This document shows positions 60,510 through 64,000 of a stretch of 64,000 nt of DNA, piece by piece. The notes beneath the pieces are model-generated. The model did no database searches and was not told the origin of the DNA. It saw only the letters and a list, made by a program, of their open reading frames with translations. The position numbers and the translations under genes are program-made. Position 1 is the stretch's first letter; each line of letters opens with the position of its first letter. This DNA is from the human T2T-CHM13v2.0 reference genome, Homo sapiens. Where the stretch lies: the NCBI RefSeq assembly GCF_009914755.1, contig NC_060939.1; one strand, given 5' to 3'.

Positions 60510-61560
60510 CATTAATCAAAGTAATACATTTGTGGAGTTAAAAAGTCAAGTAGTGCTAAAAGATTCAAGAAAAAAAACAATGATCTTTTTCTCTACCTGG
60601 ACTCTCCCACTTTATTAGTGCACCCTAGAGGGAACCACTTCCAACTCTTGGCATTGCATCTGAAATTCACCTCCGTGTGGGTAAATAATATGTGTTTTAT
60701 TTCTTGATTTATTAGTTAGGATATTACATCCTATTGTGGATGTTGATGAATTAGTCCAACTGCCTATCCCTGACATTAGTCTATACAATCTTGTAACTTT
60801 CTCAAGATCATTATCATACATTTTTTGTCAAATTCAGTTGGCATTTACAGTATGACTACAGAAATACTCCTCTCTGCTGAGCCAGGTAGTATACTATAAT
60901 TACGATTCTCTTATTGTTCAATATTTAGTTTTCCATGTATCTATTTTCTAAAAAGTTCAAATGAGCTGTCAAATACCAACTGTTTTTTCTAAATCAAAAA
61001 TTGAGATCTAGTGTGCTTTTTATTTCCTAGATAACTTCCCCCTTGCAGCCTTCTATTCTCTAGCACTGTCAGGATTGATTATTCTCTGGGCATGACTTAT
61101 TACTCATCTGAGACTTCATTTCTCTGCTCTCCAATGTTCAAGCTCCTCTTTCCTGAATCAAAAGCTCCTCTTTTCATTCAGGAAAGCTCCTCTTTCCTGA
61201 ATAACAACAATCTTACTGTTGTTATTGTCATCATTGTTTACAACCTTGGTTTGATGGAATGCATCCTTCATTAGTACCTGAGACAAAGCGCATGAAAGGT
61301 ATATTTTAGTTCCAGGTCTGAAAATGTCTTTTTCAACCTGGATTCCTCTGCCTATGCAAACCACCAATCAAGTGTGAGGGTAGACCACCATTTTTTTGGG
61401 TCAGAATTTTGACGATATTTTGCTATTGCCTTCATATATCTAGTGTTGATGTTAAGAGTTCCAAAGACATTCTGATTCTCATTTCTTTTTTTTGTGACTT
61501 ACTTCTCCCCTCTGGAAAATTTTAGGGTCTTATATAGTCTCTGTTGTTTAGTAACATAAA
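60510..61560 (-). mobile_element. Ancient HAL1/L1ME-like fragment
   Basis: cagaattttgacgatattttgctattgccttc...tagtgttgatgttaagag...acattctgattc resembles antisense HAL1/L1 ORF1. Confidence 0.5.
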
Positions 61561-62054
61561 TTTGAGTCTTTTGTAGTTTTAGGCTTTTACATGATTTTAA
61601 AGGGTAGCTGATTATGTTCGTTTTTCCTTACTAAGATTAAAGACTGACATCTTCAGAATAGAATATCAGTTTTAATGCACAAAAGAATGAACCTATGTAT
61701 ACAGTCAATACCACACTCATATTCAAACAAACATGTTGGTTCAACCCCATATTTACAAGTTTATCCCACAAGTTTATATGTACAAACTTGTGATGTCTTA
61801 AAGCACGAGTGTACAATGTATTCCATATGTAGTATTAAAATGAATGCACTGTTATTTTTCTGTAAAAATGGAAAAAAGGGTCTATCATACTCAATTCCAA
61901 ACAACCAAAAAGGCAAGTGAAAACATTTTAATGTAATTAATAATGTCTATATAGGATATACAAATGTATATGTATAGGAGACTGCTTTATCATTGAATAC
62001 TTATTATATTGTAAGCTTTATGAGGAAGGAGTTTGTTTCTAGCTAAATTTTAGA

Positions 62055-62378
62055 ATGTTATATATATGATTTAACACATAAAATATATTTACATATAGAT
62101 GCATGTAAATATGTGTATATATAAATATATAAATGTGTATATATTTATATTTACACACATGTATATATGTGTATATATGTGTATATAAATTACATATATA
62201 CATATGTGTTATAAAGCAAATGTATATACTACATAGATACATATAATGTGTAATATATTTATATACATATGTGTGTAAATATAAACAAGTTATATATTTA
62301 TATATAAACATACAACATATATAAAATATATGTAAATATATAAATTATTATATAACCATAAATATATATATATTTATT
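62055..62378. repeat. Degenerate (TA)/(TATG)-rich low-complexity tract
   Basis: Direct reading. Confidence 0.9.
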
Positions 62379-64000
62379 ACTGCTGGGTTACTACTGCAAG
62401 AACATTTCCTGCTAATGGCATCCACCCAACTTTGAGAAGTACTCTCATTCCTTATACTTCTACAAGTACTTTTTTCCAACTTCTCACATTCTTGCGACTT
62501 ACTCAGAATAGAGCGTAAGCTTACACATTCACTAACATCCTTATCTTTTTCTAATTCTTTTTAGGCATTATTTTCTTATAAATGATTTTTAATTCTATAA
62601 AATGAGAGGACACAGATTTATATCAGAAGAGATAAGGCCAAGGGAAATACTATGTTTTCAGAGGCATGATTAGCTCCTTTAATACTTTTGTTATTTGCTC
62701 AGAAAGTGACAGAAACATAATCCTGAATGGAATGTCTACTGCAGCTCTCATGAATGACTTGGTGGTGCATATAGTCTTCGGTATCTGGGGAATACAAGTA
62801 CATAGAGGAAACATGACTAATTTGGTTTCCTGCCTCAGGAAAATCAAAGTTATGGGTAAACACTTGGCTCCTGTAGACAAAAGTTAGTAAAACAATGGCT
62901 TCTATTCTACAGATTTATTTGACTTAACAATTTTCTTGCCTGTAGAGTTAAGAATTGAGACAAAACCTTACCTAGTTGCCAAAGAAAATTCCCAGGGCAT
63001 AATCTGATCTCAACATAAGGCTTTTGTCACAGGAAAAGAGACACAAAAAATGACAAATGCAGGTACAGTCTGGATGGAACACAGCATGCCTTTCTTGAAA
63101 TGGAAAGGACATCTGCTTGTTGCCTATTTGTATATGCTTCCCATTCACTTTAATGCTTAGAGAATAAAACAGATTGGGGATCTTGGGAAACAGGGTTCAA
63201 ACTATAAGAATCCCTACTGGCTGTCCTGTAGAGAGTTAATAGCTAATGTGGATAGAGGCAGTGACCAGCCTCCATTTCATCTTCCTATTGTCTGCTAGAG
63301 CAGCATGTAATCTATTTCAGGCATCTGCAACTGGAGGGAAAACATGCCAATTATTTTTATTGATCTAAAGCCTTCACAGGTGGGACACCTTGCCAGGGTG
63401 GCATATGGAAATTTAGATAAGGAAACGATTGCAGAGACACGAAAAGGGCTTTGCTATTCGGAAGGAATGTGTAGGCCTTAAAAAAATGAACAGACACTTG
63501 GTATTCCAGAGCTTAAGAGCACCAAAGATGAATTATGCAGTCGCAGCAATGGAAATTGATTACTAAGCCTTCGATGAGTCACATGCCTTAGGAATTAAGT
63601 ACCCCAATCTATTATTGTCAGTATCCTGATGGGTCAACCAGGCTGTGAATGGGAATTTGCATTAAATTGATTTGAGTGTTTTTTCTTGAACTAACATCAC
63701 TCAATCAAGGGACACATTCAGACAGAGCTAGATAAGTCTGACTGAATTTGATTTGGAAAAGCAGAGTAGCAAGGAATTAGCAGGCAGAATTTAAAAATGC
63801 CATAAATCTGGCATTGCAAACTGGGCTGGGAAAAGCAGGTGACCAATCTCTGTGCCACAAACAGTGTATAAAATCAAAGCAAATTTGTTTCTCATCTCCG
63901 TAGCATGTTGACATAGTCATGGATTGCAAAAATCATCAGGTAACACAGAGGGCTGCTTCCATAAGATCTGATCCAGAAACAATGAAGTATTTGCCATCTA

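Noticed and set aside
62055-62378. Possible second PATRR-like palindrome
   Set aside because: I see no inverted unique arms. Any self-complementarity is explained by the TA composition.

Overview
This is primate (probably human or other great ape) genomic DNA: AT-rich, CpG-depleted and dominated by interspersed repeats. I found no protein-coding gene, RNA gene or CRISPR array. The longer ORFs in the track are LINE-1 ORF2 fragments, and the other recognisable ones are ERV remnants or Alu read-through. The window holds three decayed proviruses that keep both LTRs: ERV3-16A3/LTR16-like at 7963-14878, LTR52-like at 29961-35060 and MER57-like at 40901-47783. It also holds a young 5'-truncated L1PA2/3-type insert nested antisense in an older L1, several L1MA/L1MC pieces, two Tigger3 elements, MER3, seven Alus, MaLR solo LTRs and simple repeats. 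I found no evidence of a new gene system. The most unusual signals are fold-back or template-switch structures: an ~880-bp AT-rich quasi-palindrome with inverted unique arms (1991-2867), a 27-bp micro-inversion (3334-3360), a ~90-bp hairpin insertion (39999-40088), an Alu with a poly(T) tail and a TSD-less L1. Subfamily names come from recalled consensus sequences, not from a database search.
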